Assembly (NCBI GenBank): GCA_964453865.1
Contig: CAYVPT010000001.1
Location: 1-26,437 of the forward strand
Reading direction: 5' to 3'
Length of the DNA stretch: 26,437 nt
From: an uncultured Dehalococcoidaceae bacterium
GTDB taxonomy: Bacteria; Chloroflexota; Dehalococcoidia; Dehalococcoidales; RBG-16-60-22
A program made the position numbers and the translations under genes. This document shows, piece by piece, positions 1 to 8,424 of the stretch. Numbering within the stretch: the first letter of the stretch is position 1; each line of letters opens with the position of its first letter. Under the pieces are notes generated by a model, which saw nothing but the letters and a program-made list of their open reading frames with translations, was not told where the DNA came from and made no database searches.

Positions 1-146
1 TGTCTGTCTGCCTATGTAATATTGTCTAGGACAATTGTTTTAAGATTTATACTATTAATTTTTGATAAGGATTGTGAAAAAGGGGAGTAGGGATGAATCC
101 ATTTTCAAGATATTTACGTGTAATCACCAGTAATGGTATAAGTTTG

Positions 147-1076
147 TTACACATTGTCCGCATTAAAAGCCATCACGTCGTCGATGGATTCCGCATCACA
201 AAAAAGCATGACAAGCCTGTCGATGCCCAGGGCGACGCCGCCGCATTCGGGGAGATTTGGGAGGGCTTCGAGGAATTTACGGGGCAGATCCATGCGTTGC
301 CGGCGTTCCCGGTAGATGGTGTCGATAGCTTTCCGGAAACGGGTCTCCTGTTCTATAACATCGGTAAGCTCGCTGTAGGCGTTGGCCAGTTCCAGTCCGC
401 CGATAAAAACCTCGGCCCGTTCGGCAACGCCGGTATTATCCGGCTTCAAGCGTGCCAGAGAAGCCGCGGCGGCGGGGTAGTCAAGTAATACGGTGGGGCG
501 GTCGGGGGGAAAGCCGGGGAGTACCTTGGTGACGAAATCCGTATCGAATCTCAGGGAGTCGTATACGGCGACGGGGTCCCAGCCGGCGGAGTTGAGGAAG
601 GCATCTCTTACCGTCACTCTGGGCCAGGGCCTTCCGATGTCTATAGCCTGCCCTTGATATTCTATCGTGTTCTCAAAACCGAGTTTGACGGCCAGCGTCG
701 TTACCAGGTCTTCGATATTGAGGATAATATCTTCGTAATCGGCGCCGGCGCGGTACCATTCCAGCATAATGAATTCCGGATTGTGCCACCGGCCCCGTTC
801 GCCTTTGCGGAAACAGTGACTGAACTGGAATATCCGGTCGTACCCGGCCGCCAGAAGGCGTTTCATGTGGAGCTCGGGTGATGTTGCCAGAAACCAGCTC
901 TCGCTTTGGAAAGGGACGATGAATTCCTCCGGGGCGACGGCAGGAGAACGTACGGGGGTCTCTACCTCCAGGAAGTCCCGTTCTTTGAAAAAAGCGCGGA
1001 TGTACTCATAAATCAGAGCCCGCCGCTGTAGATTGGATTGCCGGCGGGCAAGTCGCTGATTATCATCCTCCACCAT
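147..1076 (-). CDS. epmA: EF-P lysine ligase EpmA (GenX/PoxA), a class II LysRS catalytic-domain paralog
   Basis: 309 aa with TSPELHMKRLLAAG, FRKGERGRWHNPEFIMLEWY and GGVALGIDRL motifs. It lacks the anticodon-binding domain and starts 3 nt after the efp stop. Confidence 0.92.
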   Translation of the reverse strand: MVEDDNQRLARRQSNLQRRALIYEYIRAFFKERDFLEVETPVRSPAVAPEEFIVPFQSESWFLATSPELHMKRLLAAGYDRIFQFSHCFRKGERGRWHNPEFIMLEWYRAGADYEDIILNIEDLVTTLAVKLGFENTIEYQGQAIDIGRPWPRVTVRDAFLNSAGWDPVAVYDSLRFDTDFVTKVLPGFPPDRPTVLLDYPAAAASLARLKPDNTGVAERAEVFIGGLELANAYSELTDVIEQETRFRKAIDTIYRERRQRMDLPRKFLEALPNLPECGGVALGIDRLVMLFCDAESIDDVMAFNADNV

Positions 1077-1079
1077 GCG

Positions 1080-1646
1080 TCACTTTCCCGTAGAGACCCG
1101 TTCAATATAGCTGCCGGTGCGCGTGTCCACCTTGATAACATCGCCCACTTTGATGAAAGAAGGTGTGTCTATGCGGGCGCCCGTTTCCACGACAGAGGAT
1201 TTACTCTGCGGCGTAATCGTCGCCGTCTTGGTGGATATATCGCTTTCGATTACTTCCAGGTCGACGGTTATCGGCAGGGTGACATCGATAGGCTCATCGC
1301 CGTGCATCAGCATGGTCACCCCCATGCCTTCCTTGAGGAAATTCTTTTTATCGCCGAGTAACTCTGCGGAAATGCCGTGCTGTTCGTATGTTTCGGTATT
1401 CATGAAGATATACTGGTCGCCTTCATGGTAGAGGTATTGCTCGTCCTGGGTTGACAGGCTGGCGGTATCTACCTTTTCTCCGGAACGATAGGTACGGTCG
1501 ATAACGCCGCCGTCGCGAATGTTTTTCAGTCTGAAGCGATAAACGGAGCGTCCCTTCCCTGGCTTGGTGAATTCGGCTTCCTCTACATTGTAAAGCACGC
1601 CGTCGATGATTATCTTGGTGTTCTTGCGTACGCTGGAAATTTCCAT
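1080..1646 (-). CDS. efp: Elongation factor P
   Basis: KPGKG loop, YRSGEKV, YIFMNTETYEQ and VIKVDTRTGSYIERV motifs. The start is set at ATG 1646 behind AAGGAG, rather than the ORF-track start at 1670. Confidence 0.93.
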   Translation of the reverse strand: MEISSVRKNTKIIIDGVLYNVEEAEFTKPGKGRSVYRFRLKNIRDGGVIDRTYRSGEKVDTASLSTQDEQYLYHEGDQYIFMNTETYEQHGISAELLGDKKNFLKEGMGVTMLMHGDEPIDVTLPITVDLEVIESDISTKTATITPQSKSSVVETGARIDTPSFIKVGDVIKVDTRTGSYIERVSTGK

Positions 1647-1705
1647 TGAGGCTCCTTGTGGATTCGGCAATTTTTCATCAGGTAAATTCGGGACATGTTC
1701 ATATA

Positions 1706-1714
1706 ATTATAGCA
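1706..1714 (-). promoter_or_regulatory. Extended -10 promoter candidate for efp-epmA
   Basis: The minus strand reads TGCTATAAT (TGn-TATAAT) about 60 nt upstream of the efp ATG. Confidence 0.45.
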
Positions 1715-1773
1715 CTACTTTCTTTGTGTGAAAAAGAGTGTTTATTAAATTTCTATTTGCTTGGTATTTTATA

Positions 1774-1862
1774 CTCACCCCTTTATCCCCCTCTTCAGCC
1801 AGAATAACCAATGGTTTATACGATGTTACAGGCTGGAGAGGGGTCAGGGGTGAGGTTTGAAC
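1774..1862. repeat. Long imperfect palindrome, C-rich/G-rich REP-like family
   Basis: ctcacccct..ccccctcttcagcc pairs with ggctggagagggg..aggggtgag. The reverse complement of 1831-1862 matches 22408-22439 at 31 of 32 nt. Confidence 0.8.
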
Positions 1863-1918
1863 TTATCAAACAGATGAATTTAGGGACTATAATCAATATT
1901 TTATATCTACTCGGGTCT

Positions 1919-3991
1919 TCAGAGCATATGCCCAATTCTGGCCCCGTCGGCAATGGCGTTGACTATCAGGCCGGGCTCGCCGCAGCTGCCGATGTTATGT
2001 ATTTCCGGTGCTTTTCCTTCCAGGCTTTTCATTATTTCGTCGTTCGGCAGGTAAGGCAGGGTCACCAGAACAGTATCGGCTTCCAGGGTCTTCTTCTCGC
2101 CTTCCCGGGTGGTAATGACCAGACCTTTGTCAGTCACTTCCTCGTATTTAGCTTCGGTGTACCGGGGTATGCCTTTTTTATCCAGCCAGGGGAGAAAGCG
2201 CATCAGGTCCTCGACGGGTATGCCGTCGCCCAGCTCTTTTTCCGTATGCACGATGGTCACCCGGCGACCGCGCTTGATGAGGAATTCGGCGGTCTCGCAG
2301 CCGTGGATAGCCCCACCGACAATGACCACCCTTTTCCCGATAGGCATCCAGATTTTGGTCAGTCGCTGCAGCATCTTGACGCCGAAAAATTTCATGAAAA
2401 AGCGGAGCTGCCGGTGTAATTTCGAGCTGTTAAGGACACTACCGCGATTACTGCCGGGTATCTCGAGGTAGCTGGGTACAGCCCCCGCCGCCAGCACCAG
2501 CACATCCGGTTTAACGGCGTCGATATCACCGACGCCCACTTCTTTACCGAGATTAACGGCGACCTTTTCTTTGGTCATCTGGGTCTTGAAATACTCCACC
2601 AGAGCCAGGAAGTCGTCTCTCTCAACGCCCTTGAGCATTGCCGCCGTGGGCACCAGGCCGCCCAGCCGCGGATTTTTCTCATGGAGGCTTACCTCGTGTC
2701 CCCGATGCGCTGCCATTCGCGCCGCCTCCAGGCCGGAAGGCCCGCCGCCTATCACCATGATTTTTTTCTTTTTCCCGGCGGGTTTGAATGTGAATTCTCT
2801 CTCTTTGCCCAGGGAAGCATTGACCATGCATTCGAGGAGTTGGTTCTTATTGCGTACATCGATGCAGTGAAGGCAGCCGGTGCAGGGTCGGATATCATCG
2901 GTCTTGCCGGCGATTACCTTGTTGGGCAACTCGGGGTCGGCCAGCAGGCGCCGGGTCATGCCCACGAAGTCCAGCTTTCCCTGCTGTAAATATTCCTCGC
3001 CGATGACGGGGTCGAGCCGGCAGGCACAGAAGACCGGAACCCTAACCACCTTCTTGACGGCCTCGGTGAGGGGGACCAGAGCCCCCTTGCCCTGGCGGCT
3101 CCAGTCCAGATCTTTGGGCAAATCGTCCGGCGGCTCGGGATAGAACATCTTTTCCGGCTGAATGAGCCCGTCGCGGTGATGGTAGCTGTGGGCGCGGCAC
3201 TGGATGGCATCGGCGCCGGCTTCCGCCAGCAGCCTGGCCAGTTCTACGCCTTCCTCAATGGTGGTGCCTTTGGGATGCCGGTATTCCACGATATTTATCA
3301 GGCAGGTGACCGGGAAGTCCTGGCCCAGTCGTTTTTTTATCTCCCGCACGATATCGCCCATGAAGCGGACGCGGTTTTCCAGGGTTTGAGGACCGTATTC
3401 ATCCTCGCGTTTATTCCATACCCGCGATAGAAACGTATTGATCTGGTGGCAGGTGCCCCCGTTTACCTCAACGCCGTCATAACCGGCTTTTGCGGCCCGT
3501 TCGGCGGCTTTCGCCCAGATATCGATGTATTCCAGTACCTCGTCGTGACTCATCCCTCGGGGAACAGCGAAACCCGGGCCGGGAAGCTCGGCCTCTGTCA
3601 GTGCCGAGGCGGCTTTGGTATCGCGCTTGGGCAGCAGTCCGGTGGGATTCCAGGGGCCGGCGTGCTGGAACTGGATAAACGCCGGGCAGCCTTGCTTGTG
3701 GATGACTTTAACCAGCTCGGCATAGCTGGGGATGTATTTATCGTCGTCAAGGTGGAACTGGACAGGCGGGTGCTGGACGCCCAGGGGATATTCGACGCCG
3801 CAGGACTCCGTAATGAGCAGTCCCACGCCGCCTTTAGCCATGGCTTCATAGTATGCCAGGGCTCTATCACCGACGTAGCCGGTCCGTTCTATGAAGGATG
3901 TACCGTTGGCGGTCTTTATCATGCGGTTGCGGGTGCGCACCCTGCCGATATAGGCCGGTTCGAGGAGTTTTTCAAATTGACTATGGCTCAT
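1919..3991 (-). CDS. NADH:flavin oxidoreductase, old-yellow-enzyme TIM barrel with 4Fe-4S and FAD domains (FadH/BaiCD/enoate-reductase-like architecture)
   Basis: 690 aa. N-terminal RNRMIK..GGVGLLITE, NKREDEYG, the Cys cluster CTGCLHC-x11-C, and two Rossmann motifs (GGGPSG, GGAIHG). Confidence 0.9.
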   Translation of the reverse strand: MSHSQFEKLLEPAYIGRVRTRNRMIKTANGTSFIERTGYVGDRALAYYEAMAKGGVGLLITESCGVEYPLGVQHPPVQFHLDDDKYIPSYAELVKVIHKQGCPAFIQFQHAGPWNPTGLLPKRDTKAASALTEAELPGPGFAVPRGMSHDEVLEYIDIWAKAAERAAKAGYDGVEVNGGTCHQINTFLSRVWNKREDEYGPQTLENRVRFMGDIVREIKKRLGQDFPVTCLINIVEYRHPKGTTIEEGVELARLLAEAGADAIQCRAHSYHHRDGLIQPEKMFYPEPPDDLPKDLDWSRQGKGALVPLTEAVKKVVRVPVFCACRLDPVIGEEYLQQGKLDFVGMTRRLLADPELPNKVIAGKTDDIRPCTGCLHCIDVRNKNQLLECMVNASLGKEREFTFKPAGKKKKIMVIGGGPSGLEAARMAAHRGHEVSLHEKNPRLGGLVPTAAMLKGVERDDFLALVEYFKTQMTKEKVAVNLGKEVGVGDIDAVKPDVLVLAAGAVPSYLEIPGSNRGSVLNSSKLHRQLRFFMKFFGVKMLQRLTKIWMPIGKRVVIVGGAIHGCETAEFLIKRGRRVTIVHTEKELGDGIPVEDLMRFLPWLDKKGIPRYTEAKYEEVTDKGLVITTREGEKKTLEADTVLVTLPYLPNDEIMKSLEGKAPEIHNIGSCGEPGLIVNAIADGARIGHML

Positions 3992-4011
3992 ATATACCTC
4001 GATTTTCTTCT

Positions 4012-4129
4012 GTCATTCCAGCCCCGTATCGGGGTACGGGGTAAACTCCAGCTGGAATCCAGCGGTGGGGAAAGGGTGTGGATTCTGGATCTCGGGCTGA
4101 ACTCGGGCTGAAGCCTGCGCCAGAATGAC
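4012..4129. repeat. Inverted doublet of GTCATT/AATGAC-type palindromic repeats (REPIN-like)
   Basis: Unit 4012-4062 (gtcattccagc...gctggaatccag) faces unit 4080-4129 (ggattctgg...ccagaatgac). Relatives lie at 12500-12526 and 23240-23290. Confidence 0.8.
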
Positions 4130-4155
4130 AATATTATTATCTTAAAGCTCAATAC

Positions 4156-5085
4156 TTAGCATAAATGCAGGAGCTCTTCCACGTACTTCATGGCAGGTTT
4201 GAGAGTCTCGATGGACTTGTCTAAAAGCTCTCGTTCGTCCGACTCGATATCCCACTCCTGAATCTCCCGTACGCCATTTTTCCCCAGGACGGTGGGCACG
4301 GACATGCTCAACGAATGACAGCCGTACTCGCCGTCCAGTACCACGGAACAGGGAATCATCTCACCCGTATTCTGGCTGATGGCGCGGCAAACGGCGGCAA
4401 TGCCTACGGCGGTGGTCCAGGCGGCGGTGCGTCCGGTCTTCTCTCTGAGTTCTTCCAGCAGTTTCTGTCCGTCAGGCACCTGCTGCCGGATTTTCCTTTT
4501 TATATCCTCACCGATTTTCACGGGTTTTCCGTCAACTTTAGCCGAACTGAAAAGCAGTACCTGGCTGTTGCCGTGTTCGCCGATAACCGTGCCGGCTACC
4601 CGGCTGCTCTCGACACCGAGTGCCTGTGCCAGCCTCATACGGAAGCGTATGGAGTCGTTGTATGAATAACCGAGAATCTTATGCCTGTCCAGCTCACAGC
4701 AGCGGTACATGGCGTAGTTCAGCGGGCACACGGGGTTGGTGGCGGTAAGCACCACCGCATCGGGGGAGTACTGCCTGATTTTTTTAGAGATATCCTGAAT
4801 GATAGGCAGGTTCTGGGGGAGTACCTCCATGCGTGAATGAGTAACCTGGGCGGAACCCGCGGCGACCAGTACTATATCCGATTCTTTCATGTCTGCGTAG
4901 TCGCCGGATCTCACCTGCATATCGCGTCCCGTCACTGCTGTTTCGATGTCCATAGCGTGAAGGTCCACCATGTCCTGACGCGGTGTGTCTATCAGCACCA
5001 GTTCGTCGGCCAGCCTGTTTACGGCGATACTGAAGGCGGCACAGGAACCGACATTGCCCGTGGCTCCAATTACTGTAATTTTCAT
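4156..5085 (-). CDS. Lactate/malate dehydrogenase superfamily enzyme, divergent, substrate unknown
   Basis: GATGNVG Rossmann motif, TNPV, DSIRFR (Asp168/Arg171 equivalents), GEHG (catalytic His) and a C-terminal SVPTVLGKNGV. Confidence 0.88.
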   Translation of the reverse strand: MKITVIGATGNVGSCAAFSIAVNRLADELVLIDTPRQDMVDLHAMDIETAVTGRDMQVRSGDYADMKESDIVLVAAGSAQVTHSRMEVLPQNLPIIQDISKKIRQYSPDAVVLTATNPVCPLNYAMYRCCELDRHKILGYSYNDSIRFRMRLAQALGVESSRVAGTVIGEHGNSQVLLFSSAKVDGKPVKIGEDIKRKIRQQVPDGQKLLEELREKTGRTAAWTTAVGIAAVCRAISQNTGEMIPCSVVLDGEYGCHSLSMSVPTVLGKNGVREIQEWDIESDERELLDKSIETLKPAMKYVEELLHLC

Positions 5086-5252
5086 ATATGTCCCTCAACC
5101 TGTATTTACGTAAAACGAATTAAAAACGAGAGAAAGATGCTTGTATATGTAATTATATAACATCCGGAGTATAGAATCGAATAGCAAAGGGCTGAAAAAA
5201 CGTGAAAATCAGTTATTCCATCTTCCGTTTTGAACGGGCATCATAAATCTTC

Positions 5253-6137
5253 TTACTTCTTTACTCCGAGCCATTTGGTATCGTGCTCGTTGGACAGACA
5301 TATCGCGGTGAATGCGTAGGGTTTATCCACCCTCCTGGTAATCAGTGGACAGTGTACGAATCCCTTGGGAGCGACGACCACGGTTGGAGTATCGAAGACG
5401 TGGATTTCCTGCTCCTCACCCATGGCTATCTCTATCTCCGCACCTAGGTAGTTCGGATTATCCGGGTCCATTCCTACGAATACCAGCGCCTCATCATTGG
5501 GATGAACGTGCGGGTCCTGCTCGTGCCAGGCGCCCACTCCGGTTTGGAAAGCCCAGGTAAAGTTCAGGTTAAAGCCCGGGGTATTTTTACCGCTCCAGAA
5601 ACCTATGAAGTCGGCGTTGCCGCCCCTGGTACGCTTCATGTCGTGCATTTCCATCCTGAGAATAGAGTCCCCGTACTTGTTGGCCAGCCGCGAACCTTTC
5701 TCGCGTTTGGTCAATTCGGTGGTCTTCTCTTCGGCATCGGTGGAAATCGCCAGGAAACCGAAAGGTTTGTCTACCTTCTTGGTAACGATGGGACAGTGCG
5801 ATACACCCGCCGGGAGAACGACTATCGACGGCGAGGCGATGATATGCTCTTCCCCCTCGTCTCCCATTGCCAGTTCCACTTCCGCTCCCAGGGTATTGGG
5901 ATTATCATAATCAAGCCCGGTGAAAACAAAGACCTCCCCGTAGGGATGGACGTGACCGTACTTGCCGCCGACACCCCACTGGCCTACTTTGTTGTGGTAT
6001 CCCCATACAAAGCTTATATTCAGCCCTTCAAGGTCGCTGCCCTTTGGCCAGGTAATGTACTCGGGCTTGCCGTTACCACCGGGCAGTTCGTTATAAACCA
6101 GTTTTTTTATAAAATGCCCGTATTTAGTGTCTACCAT
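5253..6137 (-). CDS. Uncharacterised tandem (double) cupin-fold protein
   Basis: Two internal repeats of HVHP-x2-E...LGAE(V/I)E..MG..E.H......V..P.G..HCP, matching cupin motifs 1 and 2 with 3-His-1-Glu ligands. Confidence 0.75.
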   Translation of the reverse strand: MVDTKYGHFIKKLVYNELPGGNGKPEYITWPKGSDLEGLNISFVWGYHNKVGQWGVGGKYGHVHPYGEVFVFTGLDYDNPNTLGAEVELAMGDEGEEHIIASPSIVVLPAGVSHCPIVTKKVDKPFGFLAISTDAEEKTTELTKREKGSRLANKYGDSILRMEMHDMKRTRGGNADFIGFWSGKNTPGFNLNFTWAFQTGVGAWHEQDPHVHPNDEALVFVGMDPDNPNYLGAEIEIAMGEEQEIHVFDTPTVVVAPKGFVHCPLITRRVDKPYAFTAICLSNEHDTKWLGVKK

Positions 6138-6182
6138 TCGCTTTTATTCTCCTTTATTTGTCTTACCCGCAATAATATAAAG

Positions 6183-7088
6183 CTAGGTTACATAGCCGCT
6201 GGGACCTTTGCCGGTGTGGCCCCAGGGGCGAACCACGGCAAATATCCAGGGTTTATCCTGCTTATTGACGATGACGGGACAGTGCGGATGCCGGGCGGGC
6301 TGTATGGCGACCGACGGCTTGGTGATGACGTGCTTCTCCATTTCCTTGCCCATGTACATCTCCACCTCCGCTCCCAGGTCGCTCAGGTCATCGGGGTCGG
6401 CTCCCATGAAAAGCAGGAACTCGGTATAGGGGTGCACGTGCGGTTTGTCGGGCACCGGGCCGAATCTATAGGGCGCCTTGTTCATGCTTTCGTAGGACAT
6501 GTGAAAATCGAAATCCTTGCCGCGAACATCCGTGATAGCGCCTTCGTGGGTATCTTGGTTGAGCGGGCCGTAGTGCCAGGGGCCGTTACGCGTGAAAGCT
6601 AGGTGCTGGACGTTTTCCCGGTACTTGGAGCGCATGAATTCGGCGTGTTTGCCGGGCTTATTACCAAGTTTAACCGTCTTGGCTTTTGTTTCCGGCGCCA
6701 GCGATATCGCCATAAAAATGAAACGGTCGTCCATTCTCTGGATAGTAGCCGGCATATGCGGCATGCCTTTGGGCACCGCTATAGCCGTCGATGTGGTAAT
6801 CATGTGAGTTTCCTTTTCCTTACCCAGGCAGAGCTCGATTTCCGCTCCCAGGTAGCCCATGTCATAGGTATCCAGCCCCATGGCTATCATCACCTGATCA
6901 TAGTCGTGCACCTCGGCTTCGTAGGGAGCCTGGCCTATTTTCCCGGCCGACCAGAACGAACCGTAGCGGATATTGACATCGTAGCCGAGGAATTTACCGT
7001 TCATCTCGGTGCCCTGCCGGAAAAGGCCTGGACCATAATCTTTAAAAGATAAGCTTTTCATCAGGTGTCCGTATTTTGTCTTTGCCAT
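6183..7088 (-). CDS. Uncharacterised tandem cupin-fold protein, paralog of the neighbouring gene
   Basis: Same two-domain motif pattern and the same TKYGH N-terminus as its neighbour. The start is set at ATG 7088 behind GGAGG. Confidence 0.75.
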   Translation of the reverse strand: MAKTKYGHLMKSLSFKDYGPGLFRQGTEMNGKFLGYDVNIRYGSFWSAGKIGQAPYEAEVHDYDQVMIAMGLDTYDMGYLGAEIELCLGKEKETHMITTSTAIAVPKGMPHMPATIQRMDDRFIFMAISLAPETKAKTVKLGNKPGKHAEFMRSKYRENVQHLAFTRNGPWHYGPLNQDTHEGAITDVRGKDFDFHMSYESMNKAPYRFGPVPDKPHVHPYTEFLLFMGADPDDLSDLGAEVEMYMGKEMEKHVITKPSVAIQPARHPHCPVIVNKQDKPWIFAVVRPWGHTGKGPSGYVT

Positions 7089-7170
7089 TTTCTGTATCCT
7101 CCGTTTAACCGTTTTGACCAAAGTATAACGTTTCATGCGATTAACTGCAACGCCGGATACTATTTATCTT

Positions 7171-7238
7171 CGGGATAAGCCGTGGATGATACGAGGGAGG
7201 TTTGGGTGGGAATAGATAACACACGAGGGGGGTGGTGG
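7171..7238 (+). repeat. G-rich dispersed repeat, copy A
   Basis: cgggataagccgtggatgatacgagggaggtttgggtgggaatagataac plus a cgaggggggtgg tail. Confidence 0.9.
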
Positions 7239-7246
7239 CTCTATTC

Positions 7247-7275
7247 TTGACAAATTTATAGCTGGCACGTATTAT
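7247..7275 (+). promoter_or_regulatory. Sigma70-type promoter
   Basis: TTGACA-N17-TATTAT immediately upstream of the ATG at 7284. Confidence 0.6.
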
Positions 7276-7283
7276 GGGAAAAC

Positions 7284-7988
7284 ATGATAAACAAGAACAA
7301 TATCTTCATCTATATCGCTCTGGTTATAACCCCAACAATTTTCCTGATTGTGGAACACTATACCCACATCGAGTTCCTGCTGCATCTGGCAGCCATACCC
7401 CTCGAGGTGCTGGTGGCGGTATTCATCGTCGAGATGTATCTCGAAAGCCGGCAGAAGAAGGAGAGACGGCGCCAATTGATGCACATCAAGAGCTGCATGT
7501 TCCGCCTGGAAATGCGTAACCTGTTCGTAGCCAATTTTATGGCTTTGAAATCGCCGCCTTTGACCATCGCCCTGATAAAAGCGGCCACCTTAGATGAACT
7601 TAAAAAGATGAGGGAGGATGCCAACAGCATCGAATACCAATCACTGGAAGCGATGGAGCCGGTTATCATGGAATACGTCGAAGCCCAGTCAGTATGGCGT
7701 AATTTCATGAATATCGCCCTGGATTACGGTTTTGACGATATCTTTCACGATATGGTATATATCCTGCATTTTATCAGCGACGTGAAGAGTTATAAAGAGA
7801 ATAATCCGGGTAAGCTGTTTATCCATAAAGCCGCCAGCCACGAGTTACTGATGCAGAAAGTAAAAAAGGTTCTGGGTGACGGCATACGCAAGTATCTGGA
7901 CTATGCGATAGAGCTCAAGGAACAACAGCCGGAACTCTTTGACGAAATAGTCGCCGATTACGAACTGGCTACCCATATAAGAAGCTAG
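7284..7988 (+). CDS. Hypothetical protein with two N-terminal transmembrane segments and a helical cytoplasmic domain
   Basis: 234 aa ORF with hydrophobic residues at about 7-24 and 30-53, followed by the basic stretch RQKKERRRQ. It has its own promoter. Confidence 0.75.
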   Translation: MINKNNIFIYIALVITPTIFLIVEHYTHIEFLLHLAAIPLEVLVAVFIVEMYLESRQKKERRRQLMHIKSCMFRLEMRNLFVANFMALKSPPLTIALIKAATLDELKKMREDANSIEYQSLEAMEPVIMEYVEAQSVWRNFMNIALDYGFDDIFHDMVYILHFISDVKSYKENNPGKLFIHKAASHELLMQKVKKVLGDGIRKYLDYAIELKEQQPELFDEIVADYELATHIRS

Positions 7989-8032
7989 CGGGGCGATATA
8001 ACGTGACCATAGTAATCAAGCTTGTAACTATG

Positions 8033-8164
8033 CTACTTCTTTGATGGGGGATTGTTGCCTCTCCCACCCCCAGATTGTTGGCCGGTCCTGCTGGGCCAAT
8101 TAGGATTACCGCCTTTTCCGCTTCCCTTGCCACCGCTCTTGTTTGCCCCACTACTTTTACTCAT
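8033..8164 (-). CDS. Small Gly/Ser/Lys-rich protein (43 aa), not in the ORF track
   Basis: AAGGAGG Shine-Dalgarno sequence 5 nt before ATG 8164. Manual translation gives MSKSSGANKSGGKGSGKGGNPNWPSRTGQQSGGGRGNNPPSKK, with a TAG stop at 8035-8033. Confidence 0.65.
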   Translation of the reverse strand: MSKSSGANKSGGKGSGKGGNPNWPSRTGQQSGGGRGNNPPSKK

Positions 8165-8363
8165 CGTTTCCTCCTTACACAAATGTATTTTTATAATGTA
8201 AGATCAATAAATATGTGGATTTTACTACCTTACTGAAAAAATGTCAGTAGTCAATAATAAAGATAATAATATGCCAAATGGCATGGGTATATGCGTTGAA
8301 TTCTATCTAAGGATCAATCCCGCCTTGTCTTTATTTGCAGTTACTGAAAAAGGGATGTAACGG

Positions 8364-8414
8364 TTGACATCACTGGCTATGTAAGCTATAATAGTTATAT
8401 ACATAGCCACAGTG
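8364..8414 (+). promoter_or_regulatory. Consensus sigma70 promoter with overlapping operator palindrome (toxin-antitoxin autoregulation site)
   Basis: TTGACA (8364-8369)-N17-TATAAT (8387-8392). The inverted repeat ggctatgta (8375-8383)/tacatagcc (8400-8408) flanks the -10, with an outer cactg/cagtg pair. Confidence 0.8.
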
Positions 8415-8424
8415 GAGGTATTCA

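Noticed and set aside
21-35. attgtc-tag-gacaat palindrome at the window edge
   Set aside because: It could be an operator for a gene outside the window, but a single 6-bp inverted repeat in AT-rich DNA cannot be supported further.
5502-6602. 366-aa plus-strand ORF
   Set aside because: It is an antisense shadow of the two cupin genes, with no motifs and no RBS. The same applies to most other overlapping ORFs in the track, such as 1811-2419, 3446-4111, 16732-17352 and 23454-24107.
7969-8151. 60-aa minus-strand ORF from the track
   Set aside because: It is in the wrong frame. The RBS points to ATG 8164, which gives the 43-aa Gly-rich protein.
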